Part shown: positions 24,090 through 38,239 of the stretch, one piece after another | How positions within the stretch are numbered: position 1 is the first letter of the stretch | How the letters are laid out: each line of letters starts with the position of its first letter | Assembly: GCA_001643675.2 (NCBI GenBank) | Contig: LSRY02000015.1 | Coordinates: 1,054,001 to 1,118,000 of the forward strand | Direction: 5' to 3' | Source of the DNA: Monocercomonoides exilis PA203 | Lineage: Eukaryota; Protista; Preaxostyla | DNA: 64,000 nucleotides | Made by a program: the position numbers and the translations under genes | Notes under the pieces: model-generated | What the model saw: the letters and a program-made list of their open reading frames with translations, nothing else | Told to the model about the DNA's origin: nothing | Database searches by the model: none

Positions 24090-27000
24090 CTACGCCTGGG
24101 CCATCTGCTCCACCTGTGCAATCACATTCTTCTTTTCTGTCTCAATCACCCCGACCATCTGTGTTCGCGCAGACTCTGTCTCGGCCCTCTTCCACTTCTC
24201 CACCGTCGCTCCGCACACCCTCCCTTTCTTCCCCACCCTCTTCCACGAGTCCTCGATGTAGTTCACCTTCGCATCCAGCCACCCCACCTCGTCTGAGTGC
24301 CGCTGCCCCAGCCCCTGCGCCTGCACCGCCAGATCCTCCCGCTTCCCGCTCATCACTTTCTCCACCTCCCCCATCTGCTCCACCAGCCCTTCCATCGCAT
24401 CGTCCATCTCGTGCTTCCCTTTCTCCTCTGCTGCAACCAGCCCGTCCCGCTGCGTGTTCAGGATGCTGTTCAGCGCTTCCTCCACCTCCGACACGACTGC
24501 CCACACCGAGTCCACCACGTTGTTCATCACCGACTCCGCCACCTCGCACACATGCTTCTCCTTCGTCGCCTGCCACGACGACACAAGCGGCTCAAACGAC
24601 GCCACATAATTCGAGATCTCGTTGCACGACGTGCTGTGCTCCGCAATCTTCTCTGCTCTCTGCGTGCTCGCTGCCTCCGCATTCCCGATCCTCTCAAAGC
24701 ATTCCTCTCTCTTCCCGTCTTCTGCCGTCAGCCGCTCTTCCCTCTCGGCCCTCTCCTCCACAAGCTCTCCCAGAATCGCTGCTGCGTCTGTCGACATCTC
24801 CACCATCGCATCCACACGCAGCCCAGTGTCTGTCCTCCCCTGTGTGCTCAGCTGCGACACTGCCAGCGCCTCTGCCTCTGCTGCCTTTTCTGCCACTTCC
24901 TTCTCTGCCGCATCCAGACGAGCTGTGCCGTTTGCCGCCACTGTCCTTCCTCTCGCTGCTCTCTGCGCCGACGCCCCTTCTCTCTTCTCTGCTCCTTCCT
25001 TCATCACCTGAATAAGCCCCTTCTCCATCTCGCTGAACAGCTCCTCCTCAAACGACACCACACGGTCCTGCACATTCACCACCTCGCTCACCAGCCGCCT
25101 CTCTTCTTCAATCGCCCTCTTCACTGCCTCCGAGCTCGCCCGCACCTCTGACACTGCCGTGCTGTCCTCCTTCTCTGCCTGTCCATCCTCGCTCTCTGCC
25201 TCCCCCACTCTCACCTCCACCTCCTTCACACGCGGCAGGATGTTCTCCATCTTCTCCTCCAGCGCACGCAGCCTCTCGATCGACTCCACCACCCTCGTCT
25301 GGATGCGCTTCACTCCTTCCTCCGACTCCTGCAGCGCCGTGGACGTCGACTCCAGCGTTGTCGTCAGGTGCTCCGCATGCGCCTCGTGCGACTCTTCCAT
25401 CTCCTCAAACCGCGCCACCAGATCGTCTCCAATCATCACATCCCGCACCTCTGTCCCATCGTCTTCGAAGTGCGTTGATGATGACGATGACGATGCAGAA
25501 GCTGAGGAGGATGCTGATGCTGATGAGGCTGATGATGCTTCGTCTGTCACTTTCTCTCTCGCAACAACTGCAAAGTTGTCTTTCAGCGCCTTCATCTCCT
25601 TCTCGTATCCTGCCACCATCTCTTCTGTCGTCTTCAGCCACCCTTCCACTTTCTCTTCCCCAGCCTTCGAGCTTTCCTCTTTCCCTTTCTCAAATTCTCT
25701 CTCTATTTCTGTCCTCTCTCCATTCAGCTGCTCAAGCTGCGCATCCCTCTTCACCTTCTCTCCATTCATCTCTTCTTCTCTTTGCTTCCGCGCTGCCTCC
25801 AGCCACTCTCTCGTCTGCCCAATCAGCTCATCAAACGCCTTTTGCTCTTCTTCCCGCCTCGCTTTGTCTTCTGCTTCCGCATCCGCCGCTGCCTTCATCC
25901 GAGGCTCCATCCACGAGCTCATCTTCTCCAATAGCCCTGCCTCGTTCTTCTTTCTGTGCTCTTCCCCAGACTCTGTCTTCGCAATCAGATCCTTCAGCAG
26001 ATGGATCCTGTTCTCGTCCGTCACCCCTTGCTTCTCCCACAGCCCATTCAGATGCCCGCTCTCTATCGACAGCTTCTCCCGCATCTCCCCCGTGATGTGC
26101 TGCACATCCTTCTCAATCGTCCCGCGGTGCTTCTCATTCGACCCCAGCTGCCGCTCAAACGCATCCTGGTCTTGGTCGCTCCGCGTGCTCGCTCTGTTCA
26201 CCCGATCGCACACAACTGTCAGCTTGTGGATCTCTTGCATCACTTTCCCAATCTCTGTGTCTGCCATAGACCCCGAGTCGTCCTCCATCATCTCCTCTTC
26301 CGAGTCTTCGTCTTCTCTCAGCTCTCCTTTCCCCTTCGCATTCGCATTCGCATTCGCCATCGATGCAGTCGATGCCGATGTCGAAAGCGTCGTCAGCTTG
26401 CTCTTGCGCTTTGTCTGTCTTCGCGACTGCGCCTTCTCAATCTCCCCCAGCTCATACTGCCTCAGCGCATCCTCTTCCTCTTCCCACTCATCCAGCAGCC
26501 GCTTCTGCACCTCATCCTCTTCATCGCCCTTCCCCCTGCGCCTTCTTCTCCTCGCTCCGTTTCCTTCGTCTGCCTTGCCGTATTTGCCCACACGCGCAAT
26601 GTGCGACAGACGCGATGCTCTGGATGGCGATCGGTTCTCCTCCAGCTCATTCATCGCCTGCTGCTCGTCCTCTCCATTGCTCGTCGATCCTTCTTTCTTC
26701 TCTTCTCCTTCTGCTCTCAAGTGCCTCGACTCCATTCTTCGCTCTCTTGCTCGTGCTCGCTCCTTCTCCATTTCTGCCTCCTTCTCCTTCTTCTCCTTCT
26801 CCTCATCTTTTCTCACATCAAACGTCGGCCGAGAAACACCCCCCAGAACCATCGCACCACCCGTGGACAAGATCCACAAATTGTGGAAAATCGACGCATT
26901 CTGCCTGATCGCGGCTGCATATGGATCTTTTCCCTCTTTTCCCTCTTCTCCCTCTTCTCCTTCCATCGACACATACGTCCCATCCAGCCCCTTCCTCTTG

Positions 27001-29908
27001 TCTCTTCTCTGTGTCCCAGCAAGTGATGTCCTTCCGCTCTTCATCGTGCTGCTCATTCCAAACCGGCTTCTTCCACTCACTCCGCTTTCCTCTCTTGCTG
27101 CACTCGTCGGTGTGCGCGGAGCTGCCCCACCGCTCTTCTTCTCAGCCGATGCAACTCCTCTTCTGTTTGATCGCACTGAAGAAGCTGAGGAAGAAGCGTT
27201 TGTTCCAGTTTTGCCTTGATATCCGAATCTGTTTGGTGCTTGGTTGGTTCGGGCTGAAGAAACTGCAGATGAAGGACCATTCGATGGAGAACTCGAAGGA
27301 CGCATCGGTGTTGACAACGATGTCGATGCTGTCTTCAATGCCAGCGGAGGGACTGTTGGTGCAGTCTGCTCTTGTTCTCCTTCTTTTCCTTCTGTTTTCT
27401 CCTCTCCCTCTGAAAGTGCTTCAGGAGATGATTCTGCAGATTCACCTTCTTTCAGTGATTCTGGCAGTGCTTGTGCATTTTCCACTGACTGCTCTGTTGG
27501 TTCAGCTGCTTCTCCATTTCCTGCACACCTTGCACTTTCTACTGTGTCCTGACTCTCTTCCTTCCAGTTCTCACTTTCATTGCCACATTCCTCCTGCATT
27601 GGATGTTGTTGCTGTTCTTGTTCGTTTTGTTCCTCTTCTCCTTTCATCTCTCCTTCTTCATTGGTCATTTGCTCTGCTTCATTTCCCTCGCTAAATCCTC
27701 TTTGTGAGAAATCACTGCTGAGTGCTATCATTCCTTGGCCTGCTCCACCCCACACCAGCATTCTCTGTGCATCTGCAATGAAAATTGCAAAATGGCCAAA
27801 CCGAGGTCGAGGCACAAACACATCCAGCGCTGCTCCTGGAGACGAGGAAGGTGAAGGCGAGGACATTGACGATGTTCCATAGCCACCAGCTCCGCTTCTT
27901 CTCAAAGACATCGTGGTTGCCCCCATCATCGACGATGGTGTTTGTGAAGGTGATCCCATTGTACCTCTTGTTCCTCTGTTCAGACGTGGCTGAGAAGGTG
28001 TTGGCTGCGGTGTGCGCTGCAGCTGAGCTGAACCTGAAACTGAAGAAGAGCCAACAGCGCGGCCTTTCTTCATTGTGGATAAGCCAGTCGCTCCACGTGC
28101 TTGTGAGGAGGATGCAGTTGTAGAAGATAAAGATGTTGTCGTGCGGTTCAAAGATGTGTTGCGACTTCTGGTTGTTCCATTCATTGAAGAAGAAGAAGAA
28201 GAAGTCGATGTTTTCATTCTCTTTGAAGAGTCAGTTGTCACAGCATCGCCCTTAGCAGCGTATGGATCTACTTCTAATAAGACGAAGTTGTCTGTCTCTG
28301 TGTTGTATTCCCACGTGTCGTTGAAGCAGCGTTTTTCGTTCCGCCCGCCAAACACAACGATTGAGCCGTCTAAAAGAGCAGCTGTGTGGAAAGCACGGGG
28401 CGCAGGGAGCTCGTGATGAGGGAAGGAATGGAGAGGGGTTGGGGTGTTTTCTGAAGAAGAAGAAGAGGATGATGATGGTGAAGTGCGGGAAGAAGAAGAT
28501 GATGATGATGATGAAGGTGAAGAAGTACTTTGCTCTCCAAACATTTCCTTTTCTCTTTCAGAGCCCAGCGGAAGCGCCTCGTCCTGCCCCATCAGCCCTG
28601 CATTGAGCTCAGCCTCTTTCCTCCGCTCTTCCTCTTCTTCGATCTCCTCTCTCGTTTTTGTAACCTTTTTTGGCTCAGCTGCCTCTTCTCCAACGAGCAT
28701 CTTCCATTCCATCTCAACCAAGTCAAACATCCACACGTCGTTGAAGAACTTCTGCCCATCAGTTCCTCCAATCAAATACAGCTTGCCTTTCAGATGAGTC
28801 ATGGTGTGCCCGTAACGTGCAGGTGGGACGAGCGCAGAAGAAGAAGAAGAAGAAGAAGAAGCAGAGCGAGAATCTGAAGTGGAGGAAGTGTCATTCGATT
28901 TATCAACTGGCTTCATTTCTTTCCATTCAAATGTGTTCACATCAAATGAATGCAAATCGTTGAAGAGTGTTTTTTGGCTGAAACAAAAAAGGTTGTTTTA
29001 TGGTCATTATAGTATATCAAAGAAAAACGAAAACAATAAAAAAAATCTTCAAAATTCATTTCAAACCCATTTTCATCATTTCCTTCTCCGCCGAAAACAA
29101 TAATTTTTGTACCAACTCTTGTGGCACTGTGAAATGCACGCGGCAAAGGAACATTGTCAAGACCAGTTACAGGAACCCATGATTCTGTTTCCTATTAATA
29201 TCAAAAAAAATATTTGTTATGATTTTTCAATAAATGTTGAAATCATACAATTCCAAATATCCACATAGTATTGGTGTATGTTTGTCCCGTTTTCCCTCTG
29301 AAGTTTTGAATTAGAACAGAATTTATGTGTTTAAAAAAATAAAAGCAAACCCGAATATAATCATGTCACGTTTGAAAGAAACAGCTGTATGGCCAGCACA
29401 AGGTGGTGGAATAGGAGCTTTTGCATTAACTTTATTCCAATTTTTTAGCACTTTTGAATCGAGAAAATTGAATATGAATCAGAAAAAAAAGATCTTAAAA
29501 TTTGCAAACTTAGATTGTAAAACCAAATGTCATTTAGACATTTCTCCCCTGCAACTCCACCAAAAACTATAAAAATAGGACCGCAAGCCACACACGAAAA
29601 GTGAATTCTAAATGGAGGCTTGGGACCGTTGATTAGCTCTTTTGACCATCCTGATTGATCAATCGCTTTAATATCCAAAAATCATTCGACGTTGTCAATT
29701 AAAAATATACATAACAGTATATTTATAAAAATAAAAGAAAGCAAAAAAGAACAAACAAGCATCTTCAATCGGTTCTTCGTCTTCACTAAAATTTATTTTT
29801 TTGGTAATCATAAATTAAAATCAGCAAACAAAAAATAATCAATTCCACTTAGATAAAATAATTTATTAAAAATGACAACTTTTGAAATGCTTGGTTTTCT
29901 GATGCCAT
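24090..29908 (-). CDS. Kelch-repeat protein with Ser-rich linker and long C-terminal coiled coil (Tea1/Kel1-like architecture), multi-exon
   Basis: ATG 29908 (MASENQAFQ), short GT-AG introns, final exon 28977-24090. Kelch units: PPFRIHFS..FGG..NDIW, PPPCAGHTA..IFGG, PRAFHSA..FGG, PARYGHT..IGG..NDVW, PRAFHTA..FGG..NDTW, PRPRFGH..WGG. Confidence 0.88.
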
Positions 29909-30309
29909 GCCTCAAGAAGACGATTGAAAATCGATAAAAATAACCATAAATTATAATTCTTGATCAAAATTATGAAGTGATTATGAATAATAATATCAAA
30001 TTAGTTTTGTTCAAATGATTCGTGATATCATAATTTTTTCATTCAACTAAAAAATAAGAAAAAAATATTTGTGAAATATTTCTTGGAATAAAAATAAATG
30101 ATTCTAATGAAAATTTTTTCTTCTTTTAAACTTAATTTTCACACTTTTTTCTGCATCAATTTCATTTCAATCAATATTCTTATTGTTGTTTTGTTTTCAG
30201 AAATATGAAAGATTTACAATATCATCGATCTCTTTCCTCTAACAAAAAATTTCTATCATTTGCATAAATTTAATTTATTCTTTTTGAAAGAAGGGATTGC
30301 ATTATTCGC
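29909..30309. promoter_or_regulatory. Probable bidirectional promoter (~400 bp)
   Basis: AT-rich interval between divergent ATGs at 29908 (-) and 30310 (+). Confidence 0.45.
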
Positions 30310-33300
30310 ATGGATGTAGCTGAAACGGAGAATCCATTTAAATCTCCTGATTTTATAAAATACTTTTTTTGCTTTGGATTTCCAGGTCGGTAGAATTGTT
30401 TTAATGTTAAAAAATGCATTTAAATATTATATTTTTCAAAGGATTTATTGTATTTGTGTTTTGCATGATAATTTTGTCGATAGGCAATTTTAATTTCTCA
30501 GCAATTTCTCCTTTGTTTGCTGCAACAAGATGTGGTTATTTTTTATGTGTCAGAGGAAAACGAGCAAAATTTTGGGCAGCAATATGGTCAACAATATTTT
30601 TTGTCCTGCTAGGGATTGGTGTTATTCTCATTATTCTTTGGGGCGTCTTTGTGTGCTTGCATCATCCTTTTTTCTTTTTTATATATCTGTTGAAAATTAG
30701 AGCATGATTTTTCTACAGCCAGCAAGAATAGGATTGTCTGTAATTTTAATAGCTTGTGCTGGGTTATGTTTTGTATATGGGATTTGTCGTTGGACTGCAG
30801 TTAACTGGAGTTTTTCATTGACAATTATAATTTCTTTCGCGTTGTGTGTGCTATTTCTCATGGCAACATTCATTGTCGGAGTATTTCTTACAAAGCCATT
30901 CTCTCACGTCGCACTTTCTTGGCTGTTTTTATTGTGGAGTGGGATGGTTTCTTCATTCATTGTGTTTTTCCTGGCGCCTTCTCCTTCAGTTGCACCAAGT
31001 GAATATTTGAATGGTAAAGCACACATCACTCCTGATGAATCATCTCTCAAATTGTTCAAAAACAGATCGCGTGCAAAGAAGTTGTTCATGTCATTCGGTT
31101 TTTACTGCGTGTCATTGATATTTCTATTGCTGTACGGATTTCTTTTCCACTTTCTGAATGAAAAATCGTACGTTGGCATATATCATGTTGTATTTATTTT
31201 TGCAGTTGACTTGTTGTCTGGATGGGTAGCTGCAACATCCAAAATAATCCCTCCGCTCGCATTGTCGCTTATGCTGGTAATCATGCGGATATTGATCACG
31301 ATCTTTGGAGAGAAGTATTGGTTTGCAGGGCATTCCGTTGCATTTCTTGTGTTTGCGTTTCTGTTCTCTTGTCTGTCTGTCCTGACGATGGTGAGACATG
31401 GGAAGGAGAAGCAGAGGAAGATCATCAGGGAAGTGATTGAGATGATCAGAAAGGAGAAAAGCGAAGCTGAAAATGGAATGAAGTTGAACAATAAGAATAC
31501 GAAGAGGGAAGAAAATAATGTTGAAGCAAATGAATCAAATGCCCCTTCTTCTTCTTATTCAAGCAATCCCTCTGAAAGTGCTTCAGAAGCATCAGAAGCA
31601 TCTTCAAAACAGCCAATATCTCTTCCACCACCACCTCCTCCTCCACGTCATCATCATCAACAACCTTCATCATCATCATCATCATCTTCTTCTTCTTCTT
31701 CTTCTTCTTCACCTTCATCATCATCCACTGATAATCTGACAAGCCAGCTGATTGCGATGTTTATGAAGCACAACACAATCACTGTTGTGCTTTTCCTTCT
31801 CTTTCTCGTTGAAACCATCTTGGTTTTCTCTTTCGCTTCTCTTGAGCCAATTCACTATGATTTCTTCACAAAATCCGATTTCACTGAAAATTCTGAAAAA
31901 AATGAAGAAAACAGAGAAAACTTTATTTTGCCGCAGGAAGAGATGGGAATAGCGATGATTTGGATTGGAGTTGTGCTTGTTTTGTTTATCGCGGCTTTTC
32001 GGTTTCTGATGAGAGACGATTGGCACTTTGCGAAAAAGGTATGTTTTTTCGTGCTTTTTTTGGGAGTTGTGAATGGAATGATTGGATTTTTATTTTTCTT
32101 TGCTTGTGAAAAAGAACAAAATTTTTGATATTTTTGATATTTTTTTGAAAAAAAGTTGTTGATTTATGAAAAACAACTTTTCTTTTTTTCTTTCTTTTCT
32201 GTTTTTCTTTTTATTTTCATTAATTTTTCCCTTTGGTTATTTGAACATTTCATTCTCTGCTCTTATTCAATTAGACAACCGTTTTATTCGCTTGTGGCTT
32301 CCTTCTTTTGGAAGGCTTCGGAATTTATGTCATTCTTCGCTGGAAAATTGTTGGATTAGCTCTTCTCTTCTTCTTTATGCCTCTCTCTCTCCTTCTTTTT
32401 GTCTGTCTTCTTGTTTCTTTGCAGAGGAACGGATATGGTTTGTTGCATTGCTCTTTTATTTGAAGTTATTTAATGGTCATCATCATCATCATCATCATGA
32501 TTATTCTTTTTATTCTTAATATTTTTGATATTAATACTTTATGTTTTAACTTAATTTCATTTTTTCTCATTCATCTTTTTTTTTTTAAATCTCTTTCCTT
32601 TCTTTCAGTCTTCGTCTCCTTCCCTCTCTCTCTCCAGCACACCTCCTTTTTCAATCGCTTCCTCTCCTTCTTCCGCCGAAAAGCCACATCTTCCTCGTAT
32701 CTCTCTCTCTTCCTCTCCTTTCTTGTGATTCTCTGCCTTGTCGCATATTCCATTCTCTCCGTCCTCTTCTCCACGCCCATCGTCGGCCTCTCCATCTCCT
32801 TCGTGCTCGTTTTTCTTTTCCTATTCATCCTCTGCGCTTTCATCTACTTCAACACATTCCACTTCCTTTCCACCCCTTCTCTCTTCCTCCTCTTCTTCTG
32901 CATGGTCGTCGAAATCATCGTCTTCCTCGCTTTGCTCATGACAGGCACACTCACCGCGGAGAAACTCAGCGACGCTAATTTCTCCGTCGCCCTCATTCTT
33001 GTTCTCCTTCTTCCTTCTCTTTTGCTCCTCGTTGCCTCTGCCTATGAATACACCACCTCCCACTTCTGCCTCACTGCCTCTTCAATCGGCTTGTTTGTCT
33101 TTGCGATTCTTCTGTTTGTTTTGTTGGGGGCTCTTTTGCTGGTTGGGCTGAGACAGGCTGTGTACGGCACAGCTGTGCTGGCTGCAGCAGTGTTTGTGAT
33201 GCTCGGAACATTTATTGTGCACAGGTGGATTCAGAATAAGTTCAGGGCGAGTAAAGTTTGTGGAGAGTTAATTTTTATCTTTTTTTTTTTATTGTTCTTT

Positions 33301-36300
33301 GTACTTTGTTCTTTGTCTTTGAAAATGGAATTATTGGAGTTTATTTCTAATTTTTATTTTTCTTTCATTTCTCTTATTTTTATTTCTCATTATATTTTTA
33401 TGTTCATTGCATTCAACCCTCTAATCTTTTCCCATTCCTCCCCTCGTCTCTTAAAAAAAATCCTTCCCCCTTCCCCCCTCTCAGCTAATCGCCGTCTTGT
33501 TTGTTCTTGTTGCATTGATTGGAGTGGGTGTAGGTGTTGGCATCAGCTACATCCAGGGCTCCTATTTTATGTGCTTCACTGTCATTTTGGCTGTCATTGG
33601 AGTCTCTTGTGGACTATCTGCACTCTCAAGCATCATCAAATACGCATCGTGTGCTTATGTGTTGTATTGGCTTTGTTTAATTTCCTTTTTTTTCCCTTTC
33701 CTTTCCTTTCTTTCTATTTTAAACTTCTTTCTTTCTTTTGAATTATTCATCCTTTTGTTTTTATTCATTAACTCCTCTATTTTATTAATATTATAATCTT
33801 TCTTTTTTTCTCCTTCTTTCTCTCTAATTAATTTTTCATTTCTTTCTTTCTTTCTTTCTTCCCCCTCCCTCTCTCTTTCTCCGCTCTCCTTCCCCAAACT
33901 CTTCAGCGAAGACTACTCCTTCATCTTCTCTCCAACCATCTTCCCTGTCTTCACCTTCAACCCTTCCCTTTCCTCCCTCATTTCCGTCTCCACCTCTTTC
34001 CTCTTCCTCTTCATCGCTTTTCTCTGCATCACCCTCTGGGGCATCATTGCCTCTCTTTTCTTTTCTCCCAGTTACATTGGCATTGGCGTGGCTTCTATGT
34101 CTCTTTTGTTCATTGTCAATCTGATCTTCACGTTCATTCGATATTCGTTTGTGTCCTTTGCAAACGATGTGAGGGCTGTTGGAGATGAAGATGTTAGTGA
34201 TTTGATTAAAAAAGTATGTGCATTTAAAAGAATTTACGGATTTATTCATTTTCTTCTTCTTCTTCTTCTTCTTTCTTGAACATGTTTTATTTTTATCTTT
34301 TATTCATTTTCTTAAAATGCCACATTTTATTTATTTATTTATTGATAATTATTCGCTTTATTCATCATTATTTTTCTTCTTCTTATTTATCAGGCTGAGC
34401 AATCTGAACTCTGCCGTTTTTTCTCCAAAGACATCACGTTGCCTTCTTTTGTATTAAGCGAAAAAGAAAAGAAAGAAATGAAGAAGTCGATGAAACGAAT
34501 GAAAGAGCAAGTTATGGGAGCATCACCAGAAATAACAACTGAGAGAAAAGAAATTGGAAGTGAAGGGGAAATAAAGAAGAAGGAGAAAGAGAAAGAGAAA
34601 GAAAAGGAGGAAGATAAAGATAAAGAGAAAGAGAAAGAGAAAGAGAATGAAAAAGAAAAAGAAATGTCAAAATCGACAAAAGATACAAAAGAATCCAAAG
34701 AGAATAATGAAAAATATGAAGATAATTCCGCAGTTGACACATTCACCAATTTTGTCACTTTGAAGAGAACACAATTGAGAGATTTTCTTTTAGGTGACTT
34801 TGAAAATGAAGCTAAAAATGAAGGGAAAGCAAAAAATGAATTCAGAAATGAAGCAGAAATAGAAGCCAAGCAAGTTTCAGTGAAAGAAGACAGAAGCGTT
34901 CATTGGGATTCACACAAAGAAGTGAAAGAACAGCTGAATTGGATTAAAAAACAGATGAAGAAGCTGAAATTCTTTCCAAAAGATGAAGAAAGCAAAGAAA
35001 ATGGTAAAAGCGTCGAGAATTCGAAGGATAGCAAAGAAAGTTCTTCATCCGAAACAAGAAATGAAGAGCCTCATTCATCATCATCTTCTTCTTCTTCTTC
35101 AACTTCTTCTTCTTCAACTTCTTCTTCTTCTTCTTCTCCTTCACCATCCTCTTCTTCTTCCTATTATGACAACCCGCTCCACATCTTTCTCCCTCTCTCT
35201 TATCCTTCTCTTTCATACGCCTATCTCAAAATGGACGACGCCTTCAACTCCCACAAAATAGACGAAATTCGCGTTTTATCTCTTTTCCAGTTTTTGTTAA
35301 GGGAAAAAGGTGCTGGAATCCAGCAGCACGACAATCAAGTTCTAATGTTTTTATTTAGGAAGTTTCTCCGAGAGAAAGATCAGCCAGAGAATGACATGAG
35401 TCTTATTAAATTGTGCAGCGAAGAGGAAAGAAAAGAGATTGCATCACATAAAGCAGAATATGAAGAATACGAAAGAAGGCAGTTTGCAGCGAATGAGAAG
35501 GAAAAATTGGAAGAAGAAGAAGCAGAAAGGAAAAGGAAAGAGAATTTGGAGAGGTACAAAGCAGAAGAAGCGAGGCGAAAGAAGGAAAAAATTGAACAGG
35601 AAAGGCTTAAACAAGAAAAGCTTAAACAGGAAGAAGAAAACAAGCGAAAAAAAGATGAACAACCACAAGTGGCACAAAAGGAAAGCATTGCAACACCAGA
35701 AATCAATGAAAACAATGCCAATGAAGAGAAACCTGATCAAACTTCTGATGCTTCTTCAATAGAAAACAACAAACAAACTGAAAAAATCGAAGAAAAAAAG
35801 AAAACTGAAAATATTGATAAATTAATTCCATTTGTGGATGAAGAGTTTCCGGCAGATATGTCGATGGTGTATTATTCGTCAAATGAAGCACAAAATTCGT
35901 TTGGGGTAGAAGGGTTTGTGAGGCTGTCGAAACTTCTGATGGAAATGCCTCTTGTGGAAGACGGGGTGGTTGTGTCAATGCCACAAACAGAGAATTCTGA
36001 GAAGGAGAATGAAAAGAGACAAAACACATTGAATGAAGAGAATAATAACGCAACTTCTGAAGATAATTCCAGTTCATCATCAACAGCATCTTCTTCCCTC
36101 TCTTCTTCCTCTTCCTCTGTCTGTCTCTACCATCACAAGCCCAACCACACCACCGTCAAACAAGGGCGCCTGGGCGATTGCTGGCTCATTTCAGCGTTGG
36201 CTGTCGTGGCGCAAAGAGAAGGAATGATTGAGAAGGTTTTTGAGCCAACATTCACTGAACTTTCTGAAAATGACCGGAAAAGCGGGAAATTCGCCTTGAG

Positions 36301-37843
36301 GCTGTTTTTGGACTCGACGGAGCCAGAAACAGTTATCTTGGACGATTTCGTACCCTTTTCGCACCTGAAGCTGCTGAGAGACGGAGAAACTAACAGCAGC
36401 AGCAGCGGAGGCGAGAGCAGAAATTCCCCTCTTCAGTCTATTTCTCCGTTCCCAACATTTGCGTACTCGAGCAGCCGCGGAGAAATGTGGGTGTCGCTCA
36501 TTGAGAAAGCGTTTGCGAAGACGCTGCTTTGCTACGAGGCGCTTTCAGGTGGCTCGACACACACAGGAATATCAACACTGACAGGAGGGTTTCCTGAGAG
36601 GATATCCCTGATTGAGACGATGGAGTGTGCAGCTGATGAAGGAAAGGGAGAAGGAGAAGCAGATGCGATGAAATATGCTGCTGCTTCTTCTGTTTTTTCT
36701 GCTTCATCATCATCTTCTTCTTATTCTTCAACGTCAATTTCAAAACGAATTGTGAGAAAGAAGCAGAAGATGAATGCAAACAAAGTGTGGAACATGCTTT
36801 CTGACTTCTACGCAAATGGATATCTTCTCAGCTGTGGCTCATCTCGAACCATAACATCATCATCTTCCTCTTCTTCCTCTTCTTCATCTTCTTCCTCTTC
36901 TTCCTCTTCTTCCTCCTCCTCCACATTCATCAGCGGCAGTGAAGCGATCACTGAAGAAGGCATCGTCCAAGGCCATGCGTATGCTCTTCTTCGTGTCCAG
37001 AGCGAGTTTGGGCAGCGTCTGCTTCTCCTTCAGAATCCGTGGGGAACAGCGCTGTGGAAAGGAGACTGGAGTTCTCAATCTCCTCTGTGGGCACCTAAAT
37101 ATCGAAGCAAGTTTGGCGAGGCAGACGAGAAAAAGGGGTTGTTTTTCATGTCTGTGGAGGATTTTGTGGGGAATTTTGATTATCTGTACATTTGCAAGAT
37201 CATTCCGGATAGCTGGAAGAAGAATGTGTTCCAGGGAAGTTGGAGCAATTGCAATACGATTGGCTTTGATGGCATTCATTTGCATCCTTCTTCGCCTCAA
37301 AAAGTGCTTCTGGTTGCGAGAGAGACGAAATGCTGCTTCAGACTCATACAGCACACACCAACCCCTCTTCTTGACTCTATTTCTTCTTCTTCTTCTTCTT
37401 CTTCTTCTTCTTCTTCTTCTTCTTCTTCCTCCTCCTCCTCCTCCTCCTCACATTCAACCTCTCCTCCTCTTGATGAAGAGCTTCACATTGGATTCACTCT
37501 GATGAAGACGAACGGAATTCGTGCCCAAAACGTTATCAGATCGCGTTGTGTTGTTTATCCGTCGACTTTGAAGAAGGACAACACAGTGGAGATTGAAGTG
37601 ACACTTGAAAAGGGGAAATATACGATTGTTCCTATTGTTGCTGAAAGTGTATATGAGAAAAGAATGAAAAGGGGGGCAATAAGTGAAAATTGTGATAAAA
37701 GTAATGGTAATAGGAATAGCAATTGTATTAATAATAATAATAACAGTAGTGGCAATGATACCTCCAATGATATTCATGAAACTCCTTTCACATTTTTGAT
37801 CTATTCAAATCTGACTGTAAAATTGATTGATGTGAAGGAATGA
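30310..37843 (+). CDS. DEK1: DEK1-like multipass transmembrane calpain (TML-CysPc-C2L), ~2111 aa, 8 exons
   Basis: Exons 30310-30385, 30442-30650, 30719-32038, 32275-32437, 32609-33255, 33485-33648, 33907-34213, 34394-37843; all introns GT-AG and phase-compatible (6336 nt). ~23 TM segments; catalytic QGRLGDCW, GHAY, QNPWG; C2L domain (FQGSW...PQ...GKYTIVP). Confidence 0.82.
37381..37450 (+). repeat. (TCT/TCC)n microsatellite encoding poly-Ser in the calpain C2L domain
   Basis: About 23 consecutive Ser codons, in frame. Confidence 0.9.
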
Positions 37844-38239
37844 TTAATATTTTGAGTACAAGTTTTCTTGATTTATTTCTTTCTGTTTGACGAATATTTT
37901 TTAATGTGTGTGTGTTTTTTAAAATATTTGAAGGCTTGTACACGTTTCTGGATATTGTTGCTTGATTCTTTCTTTTTTTTAAAAAAAAATGTAGCACTAT
38001 TTATTGATTTATAAGCTTTGTTTTAAAGAAACAAAGATATTTTGAATAATTTCATTTAATGTTTTCGAACAATTTGGGTTTTCCATATGACTTTCAGATA
38101 TTAATTTCCTTTTGTAAATTTATGAATAGTCTCTTATATTAGAAATTTTTTCATTTTCTTTTTGAAAGTTTTACAAAAAAATTCTATTAAAAAATAATAG
38201 GCTTACGATCAAAGCCTTCTTTTATTTCCTCAATAAAGT

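Noticed and set aside
24017-28877. Long antisense ORFs opposite the Kelch gene, and at 61394-63809 opposite its copy
   Set aside because: Shadows of GAG/AAG-rich codons; a synonymous sense change in the copy (62634) breaks the antisense ORF.
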